Of a DNA stretch of 64,000 nt, positions 21,301 to 31,629 are shown piece by piece. The stretch spans positions 62,001-126,000 of the forward strand of contig MEDY01000008.1 in NCBI GenBank assembly GCA_001724265.1, written 5' to 3'. The DNA comes from Rhizaria sp. SCN 62-66 (taxonomy: Eukaryota). Position 1 is the first letter of the stretch; each line of letters opens with the position of its first letter. Made by a program: the position numbers and the translations under genes. The notes beneath the pieces are model-generated. The model was not told the origin of the DNA and made no database searches. It saw only the letters and a program-made list of their open reading frames with translations.

Positions 21301-21686
21301 TCGCCACATGCTTCTGCGTGTTCCTGCTTCTTGGCACCGACACCACGCTCTGGCCCATGTCGATGATTGCGACGGAGACGACGTGGTCGGAGACATTCTT
21401 CCTCACTCGCGACGATGTCCACATCTCCACGGCGTGGCGCTTCAAGATCCTCTTCCTGTTCCTCGCTAACTGCGTGCTGTCAGTACTGTTCGAGTTTGCG
21501 TTCATGCCGCGCTTTGAGCACTGGGTCGGACTGCTGAAGGACCGCCGTTACACGCACACCGAATACGGCCCCGGTGGCACGCCCGCCGACGGCAGCAAGC
21601 CCTATCACATCTGGCGCAGGGAGATTGAGGATGGTTGGTATCTCAACGCGCCTGCCTCTACTAACAACACTGGACTTAAGCGCTAA
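15342..21686 (+). CDS. P5B-type P-type ATPase (ATP13A2-5/Ypk9-like, probable polyamine transporter), 2114 aa
   Basis: Motifs FIAEVLHPFFIFQ, LTGES, PPSLP in TM4 (P5B-type), DKTGTLT phosphorylation site, KGSPE, MITGDN, FARMSPDQK, MCGDGAND and FRFMALYSMIQF, with C-terminal TM helices. TAA stop. Confidence 0.95.
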   Translation: MSSSSSHIELGGSGPSSRSTGYQSSSSLRRTDSFSVGKDRFQRSMEGHDPRLIHLSKTMSRLQSEIFAPDEGDEWLQVKSMEGLAPHWRRECMHWALAICTCFMSLVIASWFPERYARWRYVRAPLSDADYLLVTDSQNRGEVCPVQVIRELANTELSMLHSGMLPNYDVSTPFATGVNPSAVFPANVTTTLQAFTLARAAQADADSAAAANGGVPGAFPNDAYNAADATSASLGPNSAENDAFLSQPSRGRKVSTSLAPGATPRRGSPAAPSRIAYAPHITSAADAAPGLATLLARFTPRPPAALAQPRSWWRQLWSSLLDSVFGGDRKVPDTEDIPAIQRMVVFRNCRFIYDEDLREFVRLHYPQKYRLDQIKAITKSGLDTPTHRSLLDLFGRNALTVLVPSVFQLFIAEVLHPFFIFQVYSVVLWCFEEYYIFATCIGVLAIISAVLTLYETRSALLRVHSLAQFDRPVRVLRDGACQVVSSLSLVPGDVIFPDLGPVPCDIALLNGRAVVNESKLTGESAPVVKQALELPTATTTTTGAAAASAAALARARVGAGSAPAPVPTAGKGKAILKQRPVAPDTSVPVAKERSMLYAATDIVQLKPRDEKHPVMGMVVNTAFATTKGALVMSILFPKPSSFKFMEQALKFIFVLFLVAVLGFGVSVWRFLKYGAPVYLIIVRSFDLITIVVPPSLPLAMAVGTNFAMRQLKRIGVFCIAPSRINMAGKIKLFCFDKTGTLTSPGMEMAGVHTLKAAIMPADPAAAAAAHAAASAAGSTPGHLIPVFAPSLSRDTGALPLHVATCMAACQSLTCVSGELIGDPLEVRMFESVNASLHESVASFAAAAGPSYFSLNASSASSTSLASSNSNSAVNAGSSVPTASEGLTVVHGVTLDTREKSLGVVVLPPPPAIVQAHAQAVSMSLMSLPAATAATTAMLPPPPRAMFAILRQFQFSSKLMRMSVIAKDLRSGAQFVYTKGSPEAVVALCDPSTVPADFKAIADTYTRQGYRVLAIAMKPWAAAPNANAAASAAAAAAAVAAAAAAAAGSKLTPVPLLLTPSFSGTGAEGYALLNNNAASNAIALTAHASGPLPPPSVPPAPTGMIPVDDDEDEDEDEDEDEDEDEDEDEDENEDEDEDVTESETTTNAAGITTLGTPVAPSTAPSVINANAAEDDAASALAAALLLPPATPTSPALAAVNAVVSPTATVTADSAAVAAVASAPVATSSAATSAAATPAFPPYTNTAAPAVAPLSLSTAVAPGSAASPTGITAADVSSLLTPPTVIAASSSAASAAGGSPTPVADASATPVGVSSTPQLAHTFSASGPTAAASSTLHGTGTELRNAAERGLTLLGLVILENKLKPATTDTLTELRRAGVRSVMITGDNVLTAVSVARQCGLLPPPDAPSAPPREVYVARLKPMPPLGRFSGVPGIIVDRNAGYAGSTPAIAPPPGAPASVRASFHALSMTISEPPAPANNSGSNGNGSSSAGAADAAPQAGGAFPAVPFAYRTGSGQNSSAGPGSSRRLLLGSQHPRSSRSRSGFSYSLSRLNPAQAVRQRIEWVSMDDESRRLDPVTLLPISTSSSSNANANAVASYGSLNSNDSSACGNGSANDDDSERTSLLSGSRGGNSSSLNNVSSGVGATAVTVCRPYELALTGDVYADLLQDALASPTPQARAYLHKIIFSTAVFARMSPDQKASVVEQMQECGMYVGMCGDGANDGAALKLAHVGIALSDTCAEASIAAPFTYSPSAPDAAPESVSQADLELSAALAGSLSLSRQVSLSGKPLAHHEGLTKPDLVSQLSVNAVAKPESDIACVPRVLCEGRGALATCFQLFRFMALYSMIQFGCCIMLYFQGANLGDWQFLNQDMFLVFPLVVLMGETFAAETLTVERPSSDLLSIANLFSVAVHVAMCLSFQFYTYVACSHQPGYVNLPNANFLSNSWEVTSLYLLGNLQYVLVAFMFSSGSVWKKPLRANVQLFAWLIFATCFCVFLLLGTDTTLWPMSMIATETTWSETFFLTRDDVHISTAWRFKILFLFLANCVLSVLFEFAFMPRFEHWVGLLKDRRYTHTEYGPGGTPADGSKPYHIWRREIEDGWYLNAPASTNNTGLKR
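18659..18755 (+). repeat. Coding acidic (GAC GAG/GAA)n repeat encoding a DEDEDE tract inside the P5B ATPase
   Basis: gacgaggacgaagatgaggacgaggac... encodes DDDEDEDEDEDE...ENEDEDED. Confidence 0.85.
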
Positions 21687-22067
21687 CTTAAGTGCCGTAA
21701 GTTTCAGCTGACTTTGATCACTGCGGTACTGCGATGTGCATATCAATGTGTTTTATTCTGATTAGTATCAGGTGTTTATTATTCTTTGAATCTGTCTTCT
21801 GGATTTGGTCGGGGGAATTATCGTGTTTTTCGTGTTCACGCACTGTCTACAAAGTCACTTTTCACCAATGGTTTACTCTCTATTTGTTTCTCTCTTGTAA
21901 ATTTATCATGATTACTCTGTGATTTACTCTGTGATTGATCGATAACGCAAATACAATTTGTGTATGTTAATACATATATAATCAGATCTATATATACTAT
22001 ATAAAACACATGATAAGCCCCTTACTAAAAAATAGAGCAAATGTGTGAGTTTTTTCAACAAATTAAC

Positions 22068-25000
22068 TTACTGCTGCGTCTGCGCCCAGCGCTCCTTGTT
22101 GCCTGCCCAGGACCATCCAGGCCTACGCTTACGGCCCTGCCTCACCCGTAACGAGGGTACATGCGCGTACACACCGCCAGGGTGTACATCAGCAGCGCCA
22201 GTCGCGTCGCTCGTGACGCGCGAGAGCAGCGGAGTGCCAGGGGTTGGAGAAAGGGTATCACCAGCGTGCGCAGCTGAGGCAACCGCAGACGCGGCGGCGG
22301 CGTCAGTGTCAGTCGCACTCATGTCATCGAGACCACCGTAAGAGAACTTAGCATCACCTTGTGTAGGCCGCCATGTGGGGCGCGGCGTGCGCGGATCTGC
22401 GGCACGACGCATCGCATGTTCCTGGTGGCGCCACGCGCGGTGCGCAGACAGAACCTGCTTCATCTCGTCATCGCACACGACGACGTCAACGTTCGCGCCC
22501 GTAAGCTCGTCACGGACGCGCAAGCAGAGCAGGTCCATCCTGCAGCGGTCCGCATCGTCGTCGCCTTTGTCATTGGCGCCGCCAGTCTCGGTGTCGCGCT
22601 CACCGCTACCACTCGGGCGGCCGGCGTGAGCGTTGCCATACACTTGCGCGCGCACCATACGCACCCGGGATGAGTCCTCAGAAAGACGCGCAGCGACAGC
22701 ACGCTCACGGAGATTGGATCCACTGCCAATGACACGCAGCACACGGTCCGCAAGGCTTTCCTCCACAGCAGCGCCCACAGGTGCAGACGGATACGCGTCG
22801 CGAGTGAAAGTGCGTGCAAAGTCATCATAGCGACCAACATCGGTGTCACTATCGGTAAAGTCAGAGTAGATTTCCGAGGACATCGTGCTATCGTCATAAA
22901 GGCAGCCATAACCGTGACCGTGACCATGACCGCCATGACCGTGACCATGTCCGTGACCATGTCCGTGACCGTGACCGTGGCCGTGACCGTGGCCACCACG
23001 GCCGTGACCACCGCGGCCGTGGCCGTGGCGGTGTCTATGCATCCGACCGCCGTGACTGTGCATGTGCGTGTGACTGTCAAACTCGCGGACAATAGGTGTC
23101 GTCGTCGCTGAGGCTTCGTCCTCATCGTCATCCTCACCATCGGAAGGATACACTGTGGCACCACTACCCGGAACAGCAGCGATTACATTTGCACGAGGCG
23201 CAGGCCCCCACTGGCGCTGCACAGGTTGGTGGGGCCTCCTACGACCAGGCGTCGGCAGCGACGGCAGGGGAGCGGAAAGCGTCGATGAGCTCAAGTCAAG
23301 CGCTGCCACATCGGCGTTCGCGGTCGTTGCATCAGGCGAAGCAGGGCCGTAGCGTGGTGTGAAGGCAATCGACACAGGGTCCTCCTGACGCCACAGCGGC
23401 TGGCCGTGCTCGGACGCGTACCCGCGCGCTTGCGCCCGTGCGCGGTACCGCATTGCCCGCGCCTTAGTGACGGCGACAGTGAGTGAGCGCGCGGAGATGC
23501 GCTCCCACAACTCCTCCTCGCTCGGTCCTGGGTCAACATTGTGACGCCACAGCAACAGCAGTGCGGCAGCCACAAAAGAGCCATAGGCAGCATACGTGAA
23601 CATTGCATCAGGACCGTGAGCGTCCCAAATCAGGCCCATGGTGACGCCAGCAATAGCGTCGGCAATGCCGTTAGTACCGTTAAAAAGGCCAAATGCTAAA
23701 CCGCGAACTGAAGCGTCTTCAGCTACAACATCAACAATTGCAGCCTTCACAACGCCTTCCGAGACGCCCATGTACACGCCGTAAAGACAGTACAGGACAG
23801 CAACCTCGAGACCCGAAGTCGATGCAGCGAAGAGCAGCAAGACTAATGCACGGATAGCCCAACCAGCGGCAATCAAGTACACACGGCCCTGCGGGATCCG
23901 GCGGCTTAGCTTGTCAGAGAGCGCACCAACGGGAGCAGTCAGCGCAGCGTACGTGATGTTGTAGGCAAGCGCCATGGCGACAACACCGGCGACGGTGAGG
24001 CCCCGTTGTTGTGCAAGAAGCACCAGGAAAGCAGAAGTAAAGTTTGAGAGCTGAAACACAGTGAAGATCGCAATTAACGTGAAGTACACAGAGCCAAGGC
24101 GAGACAAGGGTGAACCACGGCGCTTGCTCCCGCTGACACTGCGGTGGCGACGGCCGTTTGTGGAGTCTACACTCGAGCTATTGCTGGTAGCACCCGCTCT
24201 CCGAGTCCGGCGATCATCGTTCACAGCATTGCTGTTGCTATAATTCACAGCGTTGTCAGCAGCACCGTTGGGCCGAACAGAGATACTCTGGAAGCCAGTT
24301 GCGCCCTCAGCGTTAAAGGCGGTTCTACTATCAGCGTTGCTCGCATTTGAGCGAGACACAATGTCAGTGCGCAAAGAAAGCGTCACACCGTCAGTTGCTG
24401 CAACGACGCCATCAGCATCAGCTCTAGCAATCGCGGGTGTGGACGCGGTGACCACACGCGCAGGGCGAACAATAGCAATAGAGTTAGGCCCAGGAACATC
24501 GTTTATGCCAGCGGTGGCATCAGCAGCGACAGCGGGAGCCTGTTCGCCAGCAGGCTCAATTGCAGTTGCATTGGCAAGCGCGGACGCTGCGGCAGACGCG
24601 GCGGCGTCAGCCTTCTTCGCCTCTGCCTTAGGGTCATCAGCCCAAAGCAAAATGCAAACGACGGCCATGAGTCCGAACGGAAGTGACCACATAGAGAGCT
24701 TGAAGTACATCTCGCGCGACAGCTCTTTGCTCGCGACTTGCGCCGCCTCCGTCACAACAGTGGCGGTCGCGGACGCTCCCGTGGCCGCCGCAGCACTCAC
24801 TGCGGGGTGCTGGAAGAACACGTCGTGGAGCCATGCGAGCGAGAAGCGGCCCCAACCGCCGGCAACGGCCGGGTCCGGCGCGGGGGTTTCGCGGGCAACA
24901 ACGTAAAGTGCAAGCGCGAGCGAGCACACAGCGCCCGCGGTCTCTGCCGCGTGGTGCAAGCCGTACGCCTTGCCGCGCTGCGACGCCGTGATCGAGTCGG

Positions 25001-25673
25001 CAATAAGCGCGTCACGCGGGGCACCGCGAAGTCCCTTGCCAACGCGCTCAATCCAGCGCGTGATTGCGACGAGCAGGAAAGAAGGCGACAGAGCAATCAA
25101 AGGGCGCGCGACAGCACCGATGCCGTAGCCCAGCGACGTCATGAACCTGCGGTGACCAATGATGTCGGAAGCGTAGCCAGAAAAAATCTTGACAACGGCA
25201 GTGACTGTAAGCGCAAGGCCCTCCATGACGCCAATCGCGGATACGGGCGCCTTGAGTGCGTGGTGGAGGTAGAGAGGGAGCAGAGTGAGGATCATCTCAC
25301 TCGAGATGTCGTTGAAGAACGATGCGCCAGCAAGAGCGTAAACCGTCCGCGGAATCGGCGGGATAGAAACAGAGGTAGCATCAGAAACGCGCCGAGCTGA
25401 ACCGAAGGGACGTGAAATGGTCGCAGAGCGAGGACAAGGAGCGACGATAGGCTGGACTGCGGAGCTTGAGACCGTTGCGACTCTGGCGGAACCGGAGCCG
25501 CGGCGCGAGCGCGTCTGACTGTTGCTACGGGAACGGGGCCTGCTACAACTATCGTTGCAACCGCGCGTGTTTGCAGTGTGGGAATCTGCAACAACAGTTG
25601 TCGTGTCAGATGGACCGAAGGCGTCCGAGCTGGGCATCAGCGGGACGCTCTCGTCGGTGGGATGCGACGACAT
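22068..25673 (-). CDS. Major facilitator superfamily transporter (prokaryote-style MFS_1/MJ1317-like core) with long loop and His/Gly-rich tail
   Basis: SFFNDISSEMILTLLPLYL, GYASDIIGHRR (motif A), RWIERVGKGLRGAPRDALIADS, RGKAYGLHHAAETAGA and a second-half GALSDKLSRR; about 12 hydrophobic segments. First ATG at 25673; TAA stop. Confidence 0.88.
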   Translation of the reverse strand: MSSHPTDESVPLMPSSDAFGPSDTTTVVADSHTANTRGCNDSCSRPRSRSNSQTRSRRGSGSARVATVSSSAVQPIVAPCPRSATISRPFGSARRVSDATSVSIPPIPRTVYALAGASFFNDISSEMILTLLPLYLHHALKAPVSAIGVMEGLALTVTAVVKIFSGYASDIIGHRRFMTSLGYGIGAVARPLIALSPSFLLVAITRWIERVGKGLRGAPRDALIADSITASQRGKAYGLHHAAETAGAVCSLALALYVVARETPAPDPAVAGGWGRFSLAWLHDVFFQHPAVSAAAATGASATATVVTEAAQVASKELSREMYFKLSMWSLPFGLMAVVCILLWADDPKAEAKKADAAASAAASALANATAIEPAGEQAPAVAADATAGINDVPGPNSIAIVRPARVVTASTPAIARADADGVVAATDGVTLSLRTDIVSRSNASNADSRTAFNAEGATGFQSISVRPNGAADNAVNYSNSNAVNDDRRTRRAGATSNSSSVDSTNGRRHRSVSGSKRRGSPLSRLGSVYFTLIAIFTVFQLSNFTSAFLVLLAQQRGLTVAGVVAMALAYNITYAALTAPVGALSDKLSRRIPQGRVYLIAAGWAIRALVLLLFAASTSGLEVAVLYCLYGVYMGVSEGVVKAAIVDVVAEDASVRGLAFGLFNGTNGIADAIAGVTMGLIWDAHGPDAMFTYAAYGSFVAAALLLLWRHNVDPGPSEEELWERISARSLTVAVTKARAMRYRARAQARGYASEHGQPLWRQEDPVSIAFTPRYGPASPDATTANADVAALDLSSSTLSAPLPSLPTPGRRRPHQPVQRQWGPAPRANVIAAVPGSGATVYPSDGEDDDEDEASATTTPIVREFDSHTHMHSHGGRMHRHRHGHGRGGHGRGGHGHGHGHGHGHGHGHGHGHGGHGHGHGYGCLYDDSTMSSEIYSDFTDSDTDVGRYDDFARTFTRDAYPSAPVGAAVEESLADRVLRVIGSGSNLRERAVAARLSEDSSRVRMVRAQVYGNAHAGRPSGSGERDTETGGANDKGDDDADRCRMDLLCLRVRDELTGANVDVVVCDDEMKQVLSAHRAWRHQEHAMRRAADPRTPRPTWRPTQGDAKFSYGGLDDMSATDTDAAAASAVASAAHAGDTLSPTPGTPLLSRVTSDATGAADVHPGGVYAHVPSLRVRQGRKRRPGWSWAGNKERWAQTQQ
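22912..23030 (-). repeat. Coding (CACGGT/CATGGT/CACGGA)n hexamer repeat encoding (HG)n
   Basis: ccgtgaccgtgaccatga... on the plus strand; translation HGHGRGGHGRGGHGHGHGHGHGHGHGHGHGGHGHGHG. Confidence 0.85.
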
Positions 25674-26126
25674 AAAACACCGGCCACCGAGCGAGCAAAA
25701 ACAAAGATCAAGGAAAACTAACACATGTAACAGAAATAATAATAGTGTGAGTACCTATACAAACTAAGTACACTTCTAACAACGATCATAGTTGCGAGAA
25801 ATATCCAACTGAGACGAGCTATTTTTTGCTGGTGACGCGGCCTGAGAGTCCGAGCATGCGCCGCAAGGACCAATGCGTGACTCGAAAAAAACACAAAGTA
25901 GGAATATGCATCGGCTATCAAGTGTTTTCATGTGTATTTTCGCATATGCGTTCAATATCAAGGTCTAATATATCTGTAATATCTGTCTTGTTTTTAGTAG
26001 TTGTTAATTCTCATGACTGTTCTGATCGTATCATCCTCTGGAAGATAACAGCGTATTCGACGCATTCATCTCGGTATGCGACATTCTCGCACATCATTCC
26101 ATGTATCAAGGAGTACAACACTGTGC

Positions 26127-28040
26127 TTAACGCGACCACTGCTTAGTGTTCTTCTTGCGCGGCGCCTCATCCTCCTTGCTCTGCATCTCCTTGGCCTGCT
26201 GGCGCAGCTCCATCTCGGGGCGCGCCTTGAGCGAGACCTGAAGCGAGATCTTGGGCGGCACCGTGAAGCAGAAGGCACGCGCCACGCCCATGAGGTCCAG
26301 CCCGGCGGCGTTGAACGCGTCCTTGAGCGGGTGCTGCGCGTATGCCTGGACGAAGGACCGGTACGCCTCGCGCGCCGACTTGTGCAGGAAGTAGTTCTTC
26401 TGCACCAGCTCCTCCAGCTGCGCCTGCACCTTGGCGATCTTCTCCTGCGGGAAGTCGAACTCGTTCAGCGGCACCTTGGCCGCCTGCAGGTGGCGCAGGA
26501 ACTTGAGCTCCTCGGGCATCAGGAAGAGCAGCGCACGGCCGGTCGCGTTGAGGCCGCGCGCAGTGCGGCCGACACGGTGGATGTACTCCTTGGTATCAGA
26601 CGGGGGATCGTACTGGATGATCCAGTCAACGGCCGGGATGTCGAGGCCGCGCGCGGCAACGTCCGTACAGATGAGGATGCCCTTCTCGGCGTTGCAGAAC
26701 TCGAAGAAGGTCGACGTGCGCTTCTTCTGCTTCTGCTGGCCGTGAAGGTCGAGCACAGGCACGTCGATGTAGTTGAGCAGCTCGCTGTAGAAGCGCACAG
26801 CGTTGCACGTCGACATGAAGACAATAACCTTCTTCTTGAGGTTCTTCTTGAGGAAGGTGAAGAGAAGCTGAAAGCGCATCTCGGCGGGGCACACGACGTA
26901 GCCCTGCTCGATGCCCACGGCCGTCGACACGTCGGCCGATGCGTGGACCGAGATAAGCACGGGGGTGCGGACGGAAATGCGCGCGATGTCGCGCACGTTC
27001 TTGGTCTGCGTGGCCGAGAAGAACATCGTCTGGCGCTTGACGGGGAGGCTCTTAACGATGTAGCGGAGCTCGTCCTCGAAGCCGATCTCAAGGATGCGGT
27101 CGGCCTCGTCGATGACCAGCGCGAGCAGGTTGCTAAACACAAATCCAGGGGTGTTCTCCATGTGGTCGCGCAGACGGCCCGGGGTGGCGACGAGCAGCGT
27201 GATGCCGCGCGCGAGGCGCTGGGCCTCGGCCTCGCGCTTGGAGCCGCCCATGATGACGCCGTGAGTGAGGTGGTGATACTTGCACAGCTCCTGGACAACG
27301 CCGTAGATCTGCAGGCACAGCTCACGCGTGGGCGAGATAACCAGGATACCAGTGCCTGGAGGGACGTGGCAGAATGCAAAAGAGTAGGGCGACACAAAAG
27401 CGAAACAGAGACAATGTGAGCGCGTGGGTGAAACATGTGTGTGCAGTAATTGGGCACAACCAGATAACCAAAATGGGAATAAGAACCAATAAAAAATTGT
27501 CATCGCGTATATATTATGTGATTGCGTACCGTTACGGGACTTGAACTCGGTGTTGAGGAGCATCTCGATCGAAGGAATGAGGAAGGCGAGCGTCTTGCCG
27601 GAGCCAGTCTTGGCGGCGCCGAGCACGTCGCGGCCCTTGAGCAAGACGGGGATGCAGCGCGCCTGCACCTCGGTCATGGTCTTGAACCCCATGTCGACAA
27701 TAGCCTTGCGCGTGTTCTCGCTGAGGGAGAGGAAGTCGAACTCGTAGTTGATGTTGTCTCCGTTGGGGTCGAAGGTGTCAGCGTCGAGCACCTCGTCGTC
27801 CTCGGCGTAGTCCTTGGCGGGCTTCTGCTCGCGCGCGCGCTTCTGCTTGGCAAAGCGGTCCGCAGGGGGCTCGTCGTTGTCCGACTCCTCCTCGGCAGCG
27901 GGGGCAGCCTCGGTCTTGTCAAGAGCGCGCTTCTTCTTGCGCTCCTCCTGGGCAACAGGGGCCTCAGAAGCCACGGCCTTGACAGGCTTAACCGCAGGCG
28001 CAGCGTCGGCATTAGAAACAGACTTACTCTTCTTCATCAT
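26127..28040 (-). CDS. DDX18: DEAD-box RNA helicase HAS1/DDX18; 2 exons (28040-27530, 27355-26127)
   Basis: Q motif (GFKTMTEVQ), [35 protein letters not shown] and [11 protein letters not shown], plus a Has1-type C-terminus ([19 protein letters not shown]). Removing the GTACGC...CCAG intron 27529-27356 restores [15 protein letters not shown]. Confidence 0.95.
   Translation of the reverse strand: MMKKSKSVSNADAAPAVKPVKAVASEAPVAQEERKKKRALDKTEAAPAAEEESDNDEPPADRFAKQKRAREQKPAKDYAEDDEVLDADTFDPNGDNINYEFDFLSLSENTRKAIVDMGFKTMTEVQARCIPVLLKGRDVLGAAKTGSGKTLAFLIPSIEMLLNTEFKSRNGTQSHNIYAMTIFYWFLFPFWLSGCAQLLHTHVSPTRSHCLCFAFVSPYSFAFCHVPPGTGILVISPTRELCLQIYGVVQELCKYHHLTHGVIMGGSKREAEAQRLARGITLLVATPGRLRDHMENTPGFVFSNLLALVIDEADRILEIGFEDELRYIVKSLPVKRQTMFFSATQTKNVRDIARISVRTPVLISVHASADVSTAVGIEQGYVVCPAEMRFQLLFTFLKKNLKKKVIVFMSTCNAVRFYSELLNYIDVPVLDLHGQQKQKKRTSTFFEFCNAEKGILICTDVAARGLDIPAVDWIIQYDPPSDTKEYIHRVGRTARGLNATGRALLFLMPEELKFLRHLQAAKVPLNEFDFPQEKIAKVQAQLEELVQKNYFLHKSAREAYRSFVQAYAQHPLKDAFNAAGLDLMGVARAFCFTVPPKISLQVSLKARPEMELRQQAKEMQSKEDEAPRKKNTKQWSR
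27356..27529 (-). other. Spliceosomal intron in HAS1/DDX18 (174 nt, in frame, stop-free)
   Basis: GTACGC donor and CCAG acceptor, AT-rich; interrupts the conserved RNG|TG between motifs I and Ia. Confidence 0.88.
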
Positions 28041-28389
28041 CTGGTACTCAGATAACCCAAAAGAAATCGTATTGACGATTCAGTTGTCGCGAAAGAATCA
28101 AAAAGCGTAGTCCTTCCTCACCCAACGCCGACGGAGCGACCAGAAACCAAACGGAGCCATAGGACCGAAAAAATGCAGTCACTTAGCTCTTTTGCACAAA
28201 ATATATCGCAGTATATCAAGCTACGTTCGAAATATTAACAATAAAACAATTTATAAGGTGTCTAATGTATCATATTTGTTTTTAAGTACGAGAATCAAAC
28301 ATCATATGCTCTGGCCGTACGTTTATCAAAGATTTTACAGTGCGTACGTGACTTGTACGCGTTGTCGTACGAGCTGGTGAATGTCTTAA

Positions 28390-30951
28390 TCAACCACACT
28401 TGCACAAATGGCGCTCAGGCGGTCCGTTCACGTCCATCTTCTCCCACACGAACGACGTGTTGACACGTCCGAGCTCTTTGTCCCAAAGTGCAACCGAAGT
28501 GTCGATGAAGAGCTCCACGTCAAGGAACAGAGAACCTGCGCAAGGCACACACACAAGCAACACAAGAGTAGAGGTTATGTTGTTATTAAGATATATTAGT
28601 TATACAAAGTGATAAGATTAAACAACCATGGTAAATACAGAGCGATTTATGTTCCTGTTTGTCACGTACCCATAGCGTAATCGATGGCCATCGCGGCGGC
28701 GACCGCAGACTCCGGGTCAATCTTAGCGACAATCTTCACGTCAGCGACGGAGCCCGCAGGCAAACGCGTGGTCCCGTCGCCATCCGCGGTCAGAGCAGAC
28801 GGCATAAGGTCGCTCACGGTCAGTTTTGCGGCGCTGCCCGCAGTGAGGGCGTTCGAGAGCGCGCTGACGAGAGCTGCACGCCACGGCGCCAAAACGCTGT
28901 CACTATCACTCATACTCGAACTGGCACTGACATCATGATTGTCAGAAGCAACAGCGTCATAGGAAACACCACTGTAGCTGCCCACGGTCAGTCCGAGCGG
29001 CACGTCCGCGTCTGCCGCAGAGAGAGCCAGTGGCATATATGCGACGCGACTGGACGCAGTCTGCGCGAGCTTCTTGGCCGTGGAGCCGTCGCCGGCGACG
29101 CTAGCAACGGCAACGTGGTCGCCCTTGTACTTGACGTAGCAGGTGAGGTGGTTGACGGCGACGTCGAAGCGGTTCGGGTTGTGCAGCGCGAAGTGGAAGG
29201 TTGCGTTGACGGCGACCTGAAACTCGGTCAGGGACGACAGGATCGAGCCCCAGTGGATGGACTTGTTGCACAGCGAGTACGCCGGGTACTGCAAAAAAAC
29301 AACAATAACAAAAAACACAAAGAAAACGTACAGAGAAATATGCTTAGTCTTATGAGAACCGTCTTGGATGGAACTGCATATGGATGTGTGCTATGTTACC
29401 GTAACGTACCTGAGGCCAGAAGACCATGCCGATGATGGCGGCGATGCTGACAGTGACGCCGACCACAACCACAAAGAGCGCAAACACGTCCTTGGGCTTG
29501 CAGGTGACGACGCCGTGCAGCCAGCGGCCCAGAGTGCGACAGGCGCCGCGCACGCCGCCGCCGCGGTGGTCACAGAGGCACAGACAGCAGCACGTTTGGT
29601 AGCAGCAGTCAAGCGCGCTCGCGTCACTGGCGCCGGGGCCGCGGCGGCGCGGGCGGCCGGAGCGCGGGGAGAGGTCGCCGTCGCCGTTGAGCGATCCCGC
29701 GGCCAGGGCGTCATCGTGAACCTGTGTACGCGTGAGTATGTACAAAATATAACAGAATCAACGATACATCAGCACAATCAAAAAAGAAATGAATAAACAA
29801 TCGTAATGGTGGTTATTGAAGTAACGTTTTCACATTTAAATAAAGATTGAGCCGAATTCAAGTGAATCACTGCAATCAAACATTTGTTTCCGATAACTAT
29901 GCGTCGTACCTGCATCTGCACGCGCGCGCGCATGTACTGCGGCAGCGCCTGGAACTCGGCCTCGGTCAGCCCTGCAGCGGGCATCGCGGGTGCGGCCGGT
30001 GCCGGTGCCGCTGCGGCGGCGGCGGGGCGCATGCCGAGCACGGAGCGCGCGGCCGCGGCGGACACGGGCGGCGGGGACTCGAGCCAGCGCTCGCCGAGCC
30101 GGTCCTCGCTGCTGCCCACCGCGGGCCGATCGGCGGCGGCAGCGCTCGAGCCGCGGGGGCGGGACGGCTCGGACAGGCGGTAGTACTGATCGCCGGCGCC
30201 CCCAGAGCCCGCAGTGGCGGCGGAGGCTGAGACGGCGTCGGACTCGGAGTCGCCGGGCAGGTCGGTGGGGGAGCTCGAGCACTTGAAGAAGATGCAGTAC
30301 AGCAGCGAGATGACAATCGCGAAGATGGCGGCCGCCAGGAAAATCATCAGCGGGTACACGTAGCCGGGGGCGCTGCCGTAGGAGCGAAACGTGGGGGTCG
30401 CGCGGACGCAGGGGTCTTCAGTGGGGCAGGTGAGGCCGTAGAGGCAGCCATAGACGCTGCCCACCGCGTGACACTAAGTCAAAACGAGAGAAAGACAAAG
30501 TCCATAATATGACGCGTTATGATAATAAGACGAGGATGGTTGAATTGAATGTAAGTTAAGCGTAACATATTGGGGTTTCATCAAGAGAAAAGTTCGTTGC
30601 GCCGCGTACCTGGTTGTCGTTTTCGCAGAAGTGGCAGCCGGTGGTGTTGTAGCACGCGTCGCAGTCGGTGATCGTCGCGCACGCCGCGTTGGGCGCGCTG
30701 AGTGCGTGTGAGTTGGCGACAGCAAGCATAGCCGCGGCGGTGTCAAAGAGGGAGACAGTGGGGAAAGGAGTGGTGGGCTCGATCGCATCGGCAGCAGTGA
30801 CAGTGGCAGATGATGCTGACTCTGATGCTGAGGCAAGCGAGGCTGCGCTCAGGGGGAACGCAGAGACTGAGACAATACCGATAGCAAGCAAAAGCATCGC
30901 GATGGTTTGCATCACGCGCGCACGCATAGCACGCAGCGGTGCTGGGGACAT
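28390..30951 (-). CDS. Membrane protein with signal-like N-terminus, PSI-like Cys domain, 2 TM helices and C-terminal LEA_2-like domain; 5 exons (30951-30610, 30473-29910, 29721-29410, 29288-28670, 28535-28390)
   Basis: Four GTACG...AG introns join the ORF-track fragments in frame. CATITDCDACYNTTGCHFCENDNQ|CHAVGSVYGC is PSI-like. A TM helix is followed by FWPQ|YP and FALHNPNRFDVAVNHLTCYVKYKG (LEA_2-like). Ends CKCG then TGA at 28390-28392. Confidence 0.75.
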
Positions 30952-31629
30952 GGCAGTGTCCTTGAGTAAAGTTGTGAAGTGTGAAAGCGGGTGGGTCTAG
31001 AAGCTTAGAGGGAGTGGAAGCAAAGCAGGGTCAGAGTGAATCAGGACGGTCAGACGGTCACTAGAGATAAATAAGAAGATATGAACGGCATATACATAGC
31101 CAATGCGTGTTCAATCTCATATGAAATATGATGACAAATCAATGTGTCGTTATTTGATGTGCTTTGTAAGATGAAATCCAGTATGATGGAATCAGCTCAA
31201 AATATGGATCGCGAATGTGAGAGTACTGACCAAAGACATCGACCAAACAAAGTGAAGTAATAAAGACGAGTCTATACGCACATCTAAAATCAGAAAAATG
31301 CACAAACAGCCTTGTTGACGATCGGGATCTCGAGATATGCATGGTAAAAGTTAGCTGACCACATCTCAGATTGACCACGTGCAGAAAGTTGTCCGTTGAC
31401 TAAGATGAGGGTTCAAACAACGCAGTTTTTAAAGTCATTTGTGATGTGGCCTGACCGTCATTGTAAATTTCAGGATGTGCTTGTATAAATATATGTGTTA
31501 ATATACACGATTTTTTAATAACACTGTCTTGTCCTATTGTTGTAATGTCCTGCACTCTCTTTTGCCACAGTAGCTGGTCCACACAGAAACACACGGCAAC
31601 CTCGTTGCTGACGAGTATCCCAACACAAC

